A stretch of 64,000 bases of DNA from Paramecium tetraurelia (taxonomy: Eukaryota). Below the pieces are notes generated by a model that worked only from the letters and a program-made list of their open reading frames with translations, ran no database searches and had not been told where the DNA came from. Made by a program: the position numbers and the translations under genes. Positions 38,899 through 52,978 of the stretch are shown here, in pieces (within the stretch, counting starts at the first letter, position 1; the number at the start of each line of letters is the position of its first letter). The DNA lies in NCBI GenBank assembly GCA_000165425.1, contig CT868678.1, forward strand, positions 248,001 to 312,000, given 5' to 3'.

Positions 38899-39646
38899 TC
38901 ATTCTTATTGTTCTTTGTTAATTTAAAACAGAAATTTTTCAGGAATTATCCATCCTGTTACTAGAGGTAGACCTTACTATTAATAAATTATAAAACACTT
39001 ACTTTCATCTATTCACAAATCAATTTAAAATGTGCCAAAGCTATTTAAACTTCATATTTCTAATCTTATTATTATTACTGTGATTGTTATTATTACTACT
39101 GTTAGGCAATTGCTTATAAAGATATACGTGCTGATTTATTTGGATAGTCAATTAAAACAGTGAATGTCAGATTGCCCTTAATGGTCTACTCCTCTAATTT
39201 AATTTCTGGACTGGTTGACAATTGATCACATAAATCTAAGATATAGCCACAGTTTTCATAGCTAATTGGGAAATTCAAAGATTCCTTATTATTAACCTAA
39301 ATTTGATGAATTTCTTCATTACTTCTCTTCCTATATCTGCAACAGGTTAGAATCTCCACAAATAAATATAATTTCTTGTATATTTCATCTTGACAACGAC
39401 TGAACCTTGTTTAGTGACTTGATATTGAGGCTAAATTATATTTTAGTTTACATAACAAGGCATGAGTGATACAATAGCTCCTTTCCCTTTAATTTTGCTT
39501 ATTTAATCATAGTGATTAATGACATCGAAAGTGTAGGAATAATTGGTTGATGGTGATTTCATACCAGGTTTGCCTTGATTTGGTCTATTCAAACTACAGA
39601 AGCTGAATCTGAGATTACTCATTCTTCGTAAGACATATCCAAACAT
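38899..39646 (-). CDS. Whirly-like single-stranded nucleic acid-binding protein with a putative mitochondrial presequence
   Basis: Three phase-0 introns give MFGYVLRRMSNLRFSFCS...SKIKGKGAIVSLMPCYPQY...WRFQPVADIGREVNNKESLNFPISYENCGYIL...IALAHFKLICEQMKQGLPLVTGW. The blocks are colinear with plant Whirly motifs recalled from memory. Confidence 0.6.
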
Positions 39647-39659
39647 TAAATAAATTATA

Positions 39660-40246
39660 TCACTATTAAAATTTATGATCCAATAGTTTATTCATTTTAT
39701 CAATTCCTTCCCAAATGCCTTCTCCTGTCTTTGCACTGCATCTTTGCATTACTATATCTGATTCCTGCTGTTGAATGTCTTTACACAATTCTACAGGGGA
39801 TGATCTTGGCAAATCTATTTTATTCAAGTATATCAGCATCACTATCTATTTTAGATGACTAAATACTTTATATTTAATTTCGCTTCCCAATTTCTTAAAT
39901 TCATTTTTTACAATTTCAATTCTCTCTTAATCTGTTGTATCTACAACAAATACTAATCCATCCAAATTTTCATAATAATGAGACCACAATGTTCGCACCT
40001 TTCCCCCAACATCAAAAATTAAATAATGCCTTGCTTTAAATTGAATTGATTCCACATTCAAACCTAATTTTAATTGGCAGTACCTATTGTAGGTTATGTT
40101 TCTGTAAATTTCCCATTCTTCAAATATTGAAGTATCGATGTTTTTCCACTCCCTTCTAATCCTACTATTACAATTTTAAGCTTCTTAGAACTTTGTAACG
40201 CTATGCTCATATCTTCTTCTTTCGAAGAGGAAGTAAGACAACCCAT
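39660..40246 (-). CDS. ARF-like small GTPase with an atypical switch II
   Basis: MGC N-terminus, GLEGSGKT, PTIGLNVE, FDVGGKVRTLWSHYY, NKID and CSAKTGEG motifs. Confidence 0.88.
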
Positions 40247-40480
40247 ATATATATTAAATAAATATTTATAAAATTAGAATATACTTATATCCTATTAACG
40301 ATTTTAGAATAATAATAACTCAAATGCATTCAATTTATATATTTGCCCTTTAATTATATTATATATTATGACATCATCTGTCGATCAATTTTATTTATTA
40401 ATGTTGGAGAGAGTTTAGCTGTTTAGGAATATAAATTATTCTTAATTGTTTTATCTTAACTAAAAAATATCGAAAGGAAA

Positions 40481-43400
40481 ATGTTTAGAAGATTCTTTTA
40501 TTGGTTACTGATTTTCGAAATATTTATCAATTAAAGTAATAATATATGTTAATAATTAGCTTCGTGCTGTGTTAGTTAGTGTACAAGTTGCATAGGAGTT
40601 TGTTTTGCATGCACTGGAGGCTATTATGTAAAGAACTTCAGTTGTTCTGCTTGCCAGAAGCCTTGCCAAAATTGTAATAACTCAGCCACTTCTTGTACAA
40701 GTTGTGTAGATGCATCTCATTAATCAACTCCTTCATGTAATTGTCAATCTGGTATGGGTATGGATACTACCACATATATGTGTTTTAATTGTTCAAGCAA
40801 TTGTGATACATGTACATCAGGAACTGTTTGCACTTTATGCTATGATGGGTACTATTTGAATGCTAATGCTTGTTCACCTTGTACCAAGCCTTGTTAAAGT
40901 TGTTCATCAAGTAGTACTAATTGCTCCACTTGTGTTGATACTACTAATCAAGTCACTCCCACATGTGCATGTAAAGAAGCTTAAATATTGAATACTTCAA
41001 GTTACCTATGTGACAGTTGTCCTAGTAATTGCAAAGTTTGTAGTTCAACATCAGTATGCACACAATGTTATGATGGGTATTTACTAAGTGCAACAGTTTG
41101 TATACCTTGTACAAAACCTTGTGCAAAATGCTCATCAAGTGTCACAACATGTGATACTTGCGTTGATACTTCTAAACAATCACCTCCATTATGTAATTGT
41201 ACATCTGGATATGTAATTAATACAACTAGTTATTTATGCGATTAATGCACTTTCCCTTGTGCTACATGTTAAACTTCAGTAACTTATTGCTTAACTTGTG
41301 CAGCTACTTACACCAAAAATACTAGTACATGTTCATGTTAAAATAATTAATTTGAATTAAGTGGTACTCCGAAAACATGTTAATTATGCACAAGTCCATG
41401 TTAGACCTGTTCCACATCGGCTACTAATTGCAATTCTTGTGTAGCAGGGTTAAACAGACATTTGGTTGGCAATTAATGTAATTGTGATGATGGTTATTAT
41501 GAGAATGTTGTCTGTCAACCTTGTGTAAAACCATGCATTAATTGTACTTCAGCTTCAAATTGTACATCATGCAATGATCCAACCCATCAATCTGGATCCT
41601 CGTGTTCCTGCTAATAAACATTTTATATGGATTCCTCATTTGTGTGTCGAAGTTGCGTTAGTCCTTGTTTAAATTGCAATTCACCTACTGTTTGTACATC
41701 TTGTGTAGACAATTACTACCTATCAGGAAATACTTGCATTCAATGTACTTTACCTTGTTACAACTGTGTTGATTTGGCTTCTAAATGCACAACATGTGCT
41801 TACCAGAATTAATCAGTATCTAATAATGCATGTGTATGTGACAATGGCTATTATATGGATGGTTCCTTATAATGCTAACCCTGCATCCATCCATGCATTA
41901 AATGCTAAACAAATGGGAATCATTGTACAGAATGTGCATCAACATATATAATGAGCACTGTTATTACAAATACTTGTAAATGTCCTACCCAAACTTATGA
42001 AGTAGTAGCTCATAACCCTACTGATTGCCAAGCATGTACATAACCATGTGATACATGTACTGGGTCAGCAGATTATTGCTTAACATGCATTGATATTCAT
42101 TAAACTGTGAATGCATCTCATCAATGTGTATGCAATAGTGGGTATCTAATGAGTGGAGTTAATTGTGTAACTTGTGCAAATCCTTGTTTGCAATGTTCTG
42201 GAAGTACAACTTATTGTACTCAATGTAAAGATGCATAACATTAAGTAACTACTGGAGCATGTATTTGCAATCCTGGTTGGGTTAATGATAATAATTATGA
42301 TTGTATTACTTGTTAACTTCCTTGTGTTACATGTTCAATTAATGATACTCATTGTGAAAGCTGTAAGGATCCAAATCATGAGATAAATGCATCTTATTAA
42401 TGCATTTGTAAAGATACATATTACTCAGATACTATTGATTCATGTGCAAGTTGTACATAACCGTGTGATAATTGTGATATTAATGGATGTTTAACATGTA
42501 TTGATAGTAATTAAATTATTGATTCCTCTTAAAATTGTATATGTAAACCAGGCTATTATGCAGTTAGCGTTAATTGTTCTTAATGCTCATTGCCATGTTA
42601 AACTTGTGATATCAATTAGGACCATTGTTTAACTTGTGTTGATGTAAACCAAACTTTAATCAGTCATTAATGTATCTGCAATGATGGATATTTTGAAGTT
42701 TCAAATTATTGCTAATAATGTTAACTTCCATGCACTAAATGTGAAATTTCAAATGATCGTTGTCTAGAATGTCTAGACCCTAATCATGACTTGATAGACC
42801 ACAAATGTGTATGCAAATTTGGATATGGGTCATCTGGAAATGGAGGAATAAATTGCTCATTTTGCTAATATCCATGTCTTGATTGTTCAACTAGTGTAAA
42901 TACTTGTCTTTCTTGTTTGGATAGCAGTTTATTTCATCTCTAAGATAATAAATGTTTATGTTAAGAAGGTTATTTTTCAATGGAAACCCAATGTAAGAGA
43001 TGTTCACCTTAATGTCTCACCTGCACTGATGAATCGGAAATATGCCTAAAATGTTCAGATCTTAATCATGATTTTATGTAAAACAGTTGTATTTGCAAAT
43101 TCGGCTATTATACAGACACATAGATGAAATGTTCAAAATGTTAACCACCTTGTGTAACATGTGATATAAACTATGATTATTGCACTTCTTGCCATGATGA
43201 TAATTAATCAATTGTTGATGGATAATGCTTATGTGATAATGGATATTATTTATCTAATTTAAAATGTGCGAAATGTAATAAGATATGCACAAAATGTAAT
43301 TCATACTCTGATTGCACAGAATGTGCTGATAAATATTATTTGAGTGATAGCTCTTGTTTGTAATGCTAAATACCATGTATAACTTGTTTGGATATCAGCA

Positions 43401-46195
43401 CTTGTATTTCATGTGCTGATAATTACTTTATGAATTACTTAGGAGAATGCATATAATGCATTTCTAATTGTAAATAGTGTCTAGATACTACAAGTTGTAT
43501 CATTTGCTATGATTAATTCTATTATGAAAATTCATTGTGTATTCCTTGTTATGATAATTGTAAATCATGTGAAAACTCTTCTAATTTTTGTACTTCTTGC
43601 ATTGATATTAATCATTAATTGATAGACAATAAATGTATTTGTAGAGATGGATATTATGAAGAGAATTATGTTTGCAAACCTTGTGATCCTACTTGTAAAA
43701 CCTGTGTTAGTTTAAACTTTTGTATTGAATGTGGTGCTTGGAATCACATTGTATTATTGAATAATCTATGTGTTTGTGATGATGGTTATTATCAGAGTCA
43801 TTTTAAATGTGATCAGTGTGATAAAAGTTGTTTAACATGTTCTTAAACCTCAAATTATTGTTTAAGTTGTAATTCTTAGTTAAATAGAATACTATTAAAA
43901 AATGCATGTGTTTGTCAGAAGGGCTATTTTGAGAATGAAAAAAATGAGTGTTGGACATGTAATTCAAATGAAGGCAAAATAATTAAAGAATGTTAATATA
44001 AGGATTGCTCTGATTATCTTTGGACTTATGGAGAAGATTGTGATGATGGCAACAATATTACTAGAGATGGATGTTCAAATTGCAAAGTAGATACTAATTA
44101 CTCCTGTATAAATACTTTGCTTGAACCCTCTTTATGCTTTTAGTGCAGTGAAAATTGTATAGAATGCTAATTGAATGAAATCTAAAAGTTATCAGAATGT
44201 ATTAAATGTAAAGATGGCTTTTTTATATTATAATCAAAATGTGCCAAATGTGCTGATAAATGTTTAACTTGTGATACTAGTGCTTCCAATTGTAAAAGTT
44301 GCAGATATTTAAAAAATGATCTTGGAGAGTGTCAATTATGCGAATCAAAAATTGGTTATTATTCTGATTAAATTAATAATCAATGTTATTCCAAATGCGG
44401 TGATTCATTTAAGGCTGTCACTGAAGATTGTGATGATGGTAATTTATTAGCAGGTGATGGATGTGATTAGAATTGTAAAAAAGAAAAGAAATTTGTTTGT
44501 AAAGATGGTATTTGTATTACTCCTGAATATCCAAAACCACAACTAATCAACACTGGAGATACATCATTATATAATAATTAAAGATCATTTAAATTGGAAT
44601 ACAATCTATTATTAAATATCACTCAAGATAGTGGGGTTGAAAACGAATTTGATTTATATATCAAAAATGAAATTGCCGAAAATCCAATCGATTGCTAATA
44701 CCAAAAACAATTATTGTTTACCTTGAATAATTAATCCAAAATTGAATTTTCAGTCAGTTTTGATCTCTAATTTAATAGAAGCTCAATAAAAGAACAACTG
44801 ATTATCAAATATCGCAACATTTCCAAATTTATTTCATATTAAGGCTACTCATAATAAGAACTTTAGGTTGTAGCAGCCATTTCTGATTATATGTTCATAG
44901 ATTAATCATCTGTTGCTTAAGTCTAAATGGCCACAAATAGTAATTAATACGTCCTATATGTTATGGCTGTCATGGGTGGAGGAGCAATACTATTTGGGGG
45001 CATAGACATTTTTTATAATTTGTTGGATACAATTTAAATGTTATCATATTTAAAATATGTGAATACTTAACTGCCTTTTAATTTACAAGAATTTTTTGAT
45101 TTTTTTGGTTTTGCTTAACTCAATTTTATTTCCAAATATTTGAAACTTTAAGAACTAATTGAACCTTTTATCAATTATTAAAATCTAACACCCATTCCTC
45201 AAAAAATTGGAGATGATGATTTAAATTCTTTATTTATTATTAATGGAGCATCCATCTTAGCAGTCTGGCTATCACTTCTAGGAATTTATGTCGTGTCTAC
45301 ATTTGTACCATAAATATTATAAAAATTTAAATTTAAATATTACACCGAAATTCCTGGTGGAGAAGACTTTACTATTAAACTTAAGTTGATGTTTTTAGCT
45401 GCAAAAATATTCATCACATAATTATGTTACATCATAGTTTCAGAATTCTTTTATAGCGGAATATTTAGAACACTATTTGCTACAGCATATGATTATTCTT
45501 TCTCTATGACTCTTTAGTTATACGCATTAGAATTATACTCACCAGACTTTCTGGTCAGATTAAGTTCATATTTTGCTTTAGGAGCCTTAGGAATCTATTT
45601 ATTAGCTATTTACATTGTAACTTAAATTAATGGGAGCGCTTCAATATCTTAAGAATAATTTTCAAATAAATAGAAGTATGGATCATTAAGTGAAGGAATA
45701 AAAAAAGATAAATACAGCAAATACTTTAATGCGATAGTTCTTGCCAAAAAACTATTATTTATGCTTATTCTAATTTTTTGTTATCCCTCTCCATTTTTTC
45801 AGGCCATTAATTTAACTCTGTTGTCAAGTTTATAAACAATATTTTTGATTTTCTTTAAACCACTCGAAGATGATAAGGAATATAAAAAATAATTATCCTG
45901 TGAAATTAACACTGCAAGCTCTTTATTATTGATTTCAAGTTTAGTCTTAGATTAGGAATTAAAAATATTTAGCGATGATTTGAGGACAAAAATAGGTTGG
46001 TTTTGCATTGCAAATATCAGTTTAATTTTTGTAATTCAATTAATAATAGATGCTATTTAATAATGGATTATTTTGATAAAAAAATACAGATAGCTCAAAA
46101 GACTTGTTGAAAAAATAAATCAATTATTTTACTCTCGCATTCCTTAACAAACTAGCCATGATATATTTATTCGAACAGATATTCAGAATAACTGA
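40481..46195 (+). CDS. Giant Cys-rich surface protein: furin-like repeats, CDDGN (Myxococcus Cys-rich/DUF4215-type) repeats and a multi-pass C-terminal TM region
   Basis: Signal peptide, dozens of CxxC..CxxC..GYY repeats, EDCDDGN..RDGC and CGD..EDCDDGN..GDGC motifs, then many hydrophobic helices after ~44940. Confidence 0.88.
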
Positions 46196-46828
46196 TATAA
46201 ATTTGTGAATAAGATTTATTTCTATTTTAATTTGTATTTATAAATATTCTTTTTCATCTCATAAATTAAGTATAAATGAAAAAACAAATTTTTAATTCAA
46301 ATATTAATGAAAGTAAGATTTTTAATAATCTAAGTTTAATCTAGATCTATCTTGAAAATGAAGTATATAATTTATATTAATAGATACATCTATTATTAAT
46401 AAAATGTAGGATAATTTAACAAAGAAGAAATTTAGTACAAAGGTCAATATCCATGGTTGAAATTCAAGAACATATGATATCTTAATGATATCAAATATTA
46501 CTGAATTACAAAATATGGAATGTCATTAGAACATATTATTAAATACTGCAAGACAAAATTGAAAAATTAAATCGTCCAAACCGATAAATCTATTTAAATG
46601 TGTGATATTTTTATAAACTGTAAAATGCAATATATTTAAAAAGTTCATTGAAACAATCGAATGAAGAATGAATTTTTATTTGATAATGCCTATGATTAAA
46701 TTCTAAAATTGCTTCAATTCTAAAGACTCACTTCATTGTAATGAATATTAAATATGTAATAATTATTTATTTTTAAATTGCTGAATTTTGATTTAACAAT
46801 TTTATTAGATAATTTTAATATTAATTCC

Positions 46829-48561
46829 TCAACTTTTTCCATCTTGTTTAATTTTTCGTCCATTTTTATATTAATTTATGATTGTATCAAATTAAAAGCT
46901 TGAAAATATTGATTATAATTTATATTATTTTACAAACAAAAGGTATCGGATAACTCTATCCATTATCCATCTTTTAATCCATTTTCATCAATTATACCTC
47001 CACCTCTATCATAGATTTATTAAGTACATTTTTTTCTATTCATTTTCATATTATTTCTTAAATTCAATTTCAACTTTTCCAACTTTAATTCCGTTTTTGT
47101 ATTATCCACTAATAATTATGTATTAGGTACTAAAAATATTAAATTTGAATATACTCGCAAAAGTATTCATGCAAATCCATCCAAAATCCAACTTTGGTTT
47201 CATTTTCATCATAAATACCACCACCACTTTTAATTTACATTTAAAATTACATCTTTCTAACATCTTTGAGATTTTATTCCATATACATGGCATCCCATTA
47301 ACCGACTTTTTTATTATTTTAATATTCTCCAACTAAAGTAACTTAGCACCCACTTATAAATATTAATTATTCTCTATTACTTATGAAAATTATCATGTAA
47401 ATCAACCCATCTTCCTTATTTTTGACCAAATTCATCATAAATTCCACCTCCACTTAAAATCTTTTATAATTATTACACGTTGCTTTAATAATAGTTGGAT
47501 TTCCATTATTTTTATTTGATTCCATTAGAATACTCTCCTAAATAAGTAACTTAGCAAAATCTAAAATTTTATAAAACTAATACTGCCAATAATCATCATG
47601 TAAATCAATCCAATTACCATCCTTCAACCCATCCTGGTTATAAAGACCGCCCCCACTAATATTAATATCTTCAATAATACATTAATTTCTTTTTGTCATA
47701 CGAATCCCATCTTCCATTCTTCTTACCTTTGATATATTCTCCTTTGTATGACACTTAACCATACCTAGAGGAAACAAAATATAATACTCAATAAAATTGT
47801 CACTTAGTTCTATCCAGTTTCCAAATTTCAAACCATCATTATCATATTATCCTCCTCCTCTACTTTATGAAATAAAATCTACATAATTTTATTCTTAAAA
47901 AATGTATCCCATTTTCCAAATTCTTTTCCATCTTTATACTCTCCTTCATGTTTAACTTCTTATCCACTACAATATATTTTTGTTATACTTATAGAAATTT
48001 TGATGCATTTCAATCCATTTTCCTTATTTTTGTCCTAAATCATCAAAAAGCCCTCCACCACTAACTAATCCAAATAGTTTTTACATGATTTTTTCATCTA
48101 CTTTTGTATTCCATTATCCAACTTTTATTCCATTATTATAAAACCCTTAATGAGTCATTCTACAAAGGCTACGTACAATATCATCTTATATACTCCCAAA
48201 AATATTCTGATAATTCTATCCATTTTCCTACTTTTTAATTATTTTCATTAAAGCAACCACCAACTAATAATTAATGTCCTTTCCATTTTGCGAACCACAA
48301 CTCTTTTTGATCTTTCTTTAATCCGAATTCCCAATCTAAATGTTTTAGATGCTCTAGATTTATAATTTTTTGAGGACTTTAAATTGAATTATTTAGCAAT
48401 TCCCTAATATACTACTCAGCACACTACCTTAATATTTCTCCATCCTTAATATACGCAATCTTCTGCTCTTTTTCATTATATTAAAGTTAAATTTTGGTTT
48501 TTTTTAAAATCAGCTCCTTCCTTTGAATTCCAATTTCTTCCAATCTTTTTTAATCGTTCAT
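46829..48561 (-). CDS. Repeat protein with GG.YD..G.K.G.W.EL...GEY..G.K units (MORN-like), possibly decaying
   Basis: Recurrent GGGxYDxxGLKxGxWIEL and GEYKDGK motifs with frequent small introns. The 3' end looks irregular. Confidence 0.65.
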
Positions 48562-49099
48562 TTTATTATTATTATTGAATTAAACTAAAAGTTACAAAAT
48601 ATTTAATTTTCTTTAATCAAAAGAAAATTAAGATTAGAGACTTAATAATTTATAAGTTAAAAATAAATTCTTAATTTATGTTCAAACTCTAATATTGAAT
48701 TCTAAAAGGAATTTTAAAGGAAAAATGTCTTGCAATGAAATATAAATTTATACTTTTTCCAAAGTTAAAAGAATTTCTATACTCAAAGTTGAATCTATCT
48801 CATGAGGGATCATAAATCAAAAGAAAATTTTTGTTTGTATTAGATATCAATGATTTTCCTAAAAGTTAGTAAATAAAGGAATCAGTAAGAGATATAGTTT
48901 TCTTTGCATTTGATATAAATTTAAAAAAAATATAACAATATAATAATAACTGATATATTTAGAATTTTAAATATATATTTAATCGTTATTCAACAAAAAT
49001 GGTATTTAAAAACAGTTTTATATTTAAAACCAGTTTTATTTTGAAGTGTTTTTTTTTTTTGAGTGATTCTAAAATGAAATCCAACTTTTCTACTTTTTT

Positions 49100-50280
49100 T
49101 AAATTTACCTTATGTTAATTTTTATTTTTAGATTAAACAACCAATCCCATATCCATGAAATTATGTTTTTTCGAATTCTCCAATATTATTTTCTGTATTC
49201 CAATTTTCCATTATCTTTAAGTTCTTATAATCTTTCTTCATTTGCTTTTTTATTTAGATTCTCAAATATTCCAAAACTATTTAAGAATCCATTTTCCCAC
49301 TCACCTGAATAATAAAATTATCTATTTTTTCCCTCATTATCATATTCAATCATAATTCCTTTGCCATTTTATTTGTTATTGTAAAATCCACCCCTATAAT
49401 ATCGTTTCATTTTGAAGCCAATAGGATTCACCTGAATAGATAAATAGCAAATCTTAACATTCTTGCCTAATTTATCTCCTTCTTTATCAACTATTATATT
49501 TATGTAATGAATTAACTCATTCTTTTCCTTATCAAACTCAATCATTTCTCCTTGAAAATGTTAATTTTAGAAAAGTCCTTTTTTTAAGATGCAAATATCA
49601 TTATAATCTTGTATTAAAAAGCCATAGAATTCATCTCTCATTAGTCTTTGTTCATTTCGTTCATTCAGTTAAATCAGTTGTTGAATTTTATATTTATTTT
49701 GGTTCTTCTATTGTTTTAATCGCTAATATTGAATAAGGGGAGGATATTCTATTTCATCTAGTGTTTTAAACTTTTCCCAATTAAAATCAAGTGGATTTGG
49801 TTAATTGTATAATGCTTGATCCACAATAGCATTTGACTTTATATCTTTACAGATATAATCTATTTTGAAGTCATATTCATCACTTTCCTACTATATTTAT
49901 AGAAGAAATAAAATAATATTATCTTCATTCACGATCATTGTTTGTTCATTTTTAAAAAACAGCATCCCAATTATTAAAAAATATAAAATTTAGATGTTTC
50001 GTAATCCATGTTTCTCTTCACTAATTAAGAAATTCTTATCATTCATAAATTAAAAGGAATTATCAGTTTATATGTTACTATAATCATGTTTTTTTATGTA
50101 ATTATAGTGTTTGAATCTATCTATATTTTTCATATCATAAGTCTTCAAACATTTTAATTATTAGTCCAAAGTTCTATACTCAATTTTAATTTTTTCTTTT
50201 GAACCTATTCGTAACGTTAGATAATAAACATTGTTTGGGTCCCAAAGACTATATACTTATATAATTGGGTCGTTTTGCAT
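49100..50280 (-). CDS. Hypothetical protein with C-terminal MORN-like motifs
   Basis: MQNDPIIQVYSLWDPNNVYYL...; YRGGFYNNKQNGKG and YYSGEWENG motifs. The 3' end is uncertain. Confidence 0.5.
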
Positions 50281-50865
50281 TTTAATATAACAAAATAAAT
50301 AATAATATGATCTCAATAGGTGGTAATACCTATCAACTAAATAAAAAGAAACGGATGATAGATATTTATAGATTAAAATAGCAGAATTACAAATAATTGT
50401 TCATACAATTTCTTGGCAGTTATATATAACTTTAATTAATATAAATTTTCATTTTCTAATACTTTAATTAGCATTTATACACCTAGGTTGCTTAAAGAAA
50501 TTATTGTTAATCCTTTATCCATAACGATAATTTAAGTTATTTGATCAGCTTGGACTTTTCATTCGAATTATCGTAGAGCAATTTGTTTAGATTTTAGACT
50601 GATTGTGAGAATTTAATTTTTAAAACATATAGATCATTTTTAATTAAAGTAGATGTAAATAAAATTTCAGAAACCATCATATTGTGTTAACAATATCCTA
50701 TCATTTATTTATTCATTCTATGGAATGGAAGAGATAATGGACACCCAGAATCTCAACCAAATATATTAAGTATATCAAATATAGTTTTTATAGCTTTATT
50801 AGTAATTTATTATATTTAATAAGATAATTCAGATTCCATTATTATTTATATTAAATTTGTAAATA

Positions 50866-52401
50866 TCACTCTAATTTTTTAAGTCGTATAGCATCATCAG
50901 GTAAATATGTTTAAATTCCTCTTGATAACCAATTGACTTTGGTTAATTCTGGGTTCTTAATTACATCATAATTTAGGATAACGTGAGCCAATATAATTCT
51001 TGCTTCGATCATGGCCATATGTTATCCTATGCAATTTCTGCCTCCAGCAGCAAAAGGAATGTTTACGAAACCATTGTCTATTTAGATTGGCTTTGATTGC
51101 AACCATCTCTTTGGATTGAATTCTAATGGTTTTTCATAATGATTTGAATTGATATTAGCCAAAAAGCTGCCTAAAAGAATATAGGAGCCTTTTTTGATAA
51201 AAAGATCTTTGATTTGAATATCAGATTTAGGTTATCTTACTATAGGATGAACAACAGATGGTTTAAGTCTCATAACTTCTTTTAAGAAGCATTCCAATTA
51301 AACTAATTTTTTTAGAGAATCAGCAGTAACTTGTCCGTCAACAAGTGCTGATTTGGCTTCATTTCTCAACTCTTCCAAGTATGATGTATTTTCTGAAAGA
51401 AAAAGTAAGGAATTTGACACCAATGCTCCAGTTGTTTCAGTACCAGCTAAGAAAAGTGTAATAAATTAAGAAATAATATCTTCAGTTTCATATTGATAAG
51501 ATTCTTGCGTATCTTTTGATTTGGATAACTTATTTAAGTAAACATCCAGAAAATCTCCATTTTCCCATTTTCTACCTTCTTTTTCAATTTTGGATTTTCT
51601 CTTTGAAATAATTTAGTTTAGATCTTATTTGAATTTAATAACTCGAGTCAAAATCTCTTTTTCTGCTTTTAAACAATAATCCCAAGATTTCATTCCAAGG
51701 AGTTTTTATTTAAAATATATAAAGAAATTGCTAAATCTAACAAGAACAAAAGATTTTAAGATTTCGCCTAACTCAATCTAAGCTGGCTTGTCATTTATAA
51801 GCCAACCTTCTGCTTCTTGTCCAAAAAAACTTCTAATAACAACTCCACCAGTAATTGAACAAATATACTAGAATACCTAGTCTACAGTTTATTTGTTATT
51901 TATTGCATCTCTTGTTACTTAATTCATCATTGGGATTCTTTCCTTGAGTTTTTCAAAGAGAAAATGGTCACCAAGTAGAGATCTTTATTCCTTCCACTTT
52001 TCGCCTTCTGCAAACAATAAACCCTTGCTTAAAAGAAAACTAATGTTTAAGATGACAATATACTCCTTGATCCCACTTTAATCATGTTTTACTAATAGAT
52101 GGTGATCTAAATAGAGTGGTTTGTAATATTCAGGATCAACTATGATGAATACAGGCTTAGTGACAGAATTGGAGACTATCAATTTCACTTCAGGATGCTT
52201 AGTGATAATATCAATAACCCATTATTGAGGATTACCTTTCTTCGCTGATGATCTATAGATTTAGATGACACCCAAAATAGGAATGTAATAAAAATAAACT
52301 TGCTTACCGAATTACACTTTTAGTTTGATCATGATAAGCAATGGTCTCAGTATTAGATAAGTACCTATTAGAGCAAGGAATAAAAAAAAATAAAGAAACA
52401 T
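50866..52401 (-). CDS. Cytochrome P450
   Basis: N-terminal TM, FLAGTETTG (I-helix), EVMR (ExxR), FNPKRW and heme motif PFAAGGRNCIGQHMA. It appears intronless. Confidence 0.95.
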
Positions 52402-52978
52402 TAATTTATATATCATAAATCAAATCTGGTTATTGATATATTAATTAAAGATCAACCTAATAGGCGTTATCCCATCAGTACTTAGATTTGTGTAAGCAAA
52501 ATATCCAATGTATAAACTGTTGGTCAAAACTTAGAGGTAAATTGTTTTATTCAAGTGTCACAGCTTTAAATAAATATTAGTGCTATTTTAGAGTTTAGAA
52601 AACTGGTATAAACAAAATATTTATTGACAATCAAATTATTGAGAATAAGCTTATGAAATTTAGTATATGTATTGTATTAAATTTCATTATATTAAAATTT
52701 AATTAATGATTATAAAGATTATTCTAATAAAAGTTTATAATTTGGAGAGGTATAATGCATATTGTTTGCATAAGAGTATTCCTTAGAGTAAATAACAAAC
52801 AATAAATATTTGAAATTTTTGTTGAATTATATAATCTAAGGTAGAGATGTGCTTCTATGTAGTCAAAGACAAGTGGATTCTCAGATAAAAGTACACTCAA
52901 TACTATGTAATTTTCTCAGAAAGTTTGGAGTCAAATTAATTAAGAAACATACATTTTAATGAAATCTTTTAATTACAT

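Noticed and set aside
49000..49062. Short direct repeat TATTTAAAA[AC]CAGTTTTA x2 plus a poly-T run as a mobile-element end
   Set aside because: It is too short and AT-rich, with no matching terminal repeat, target-site duplication or transposase nearby.
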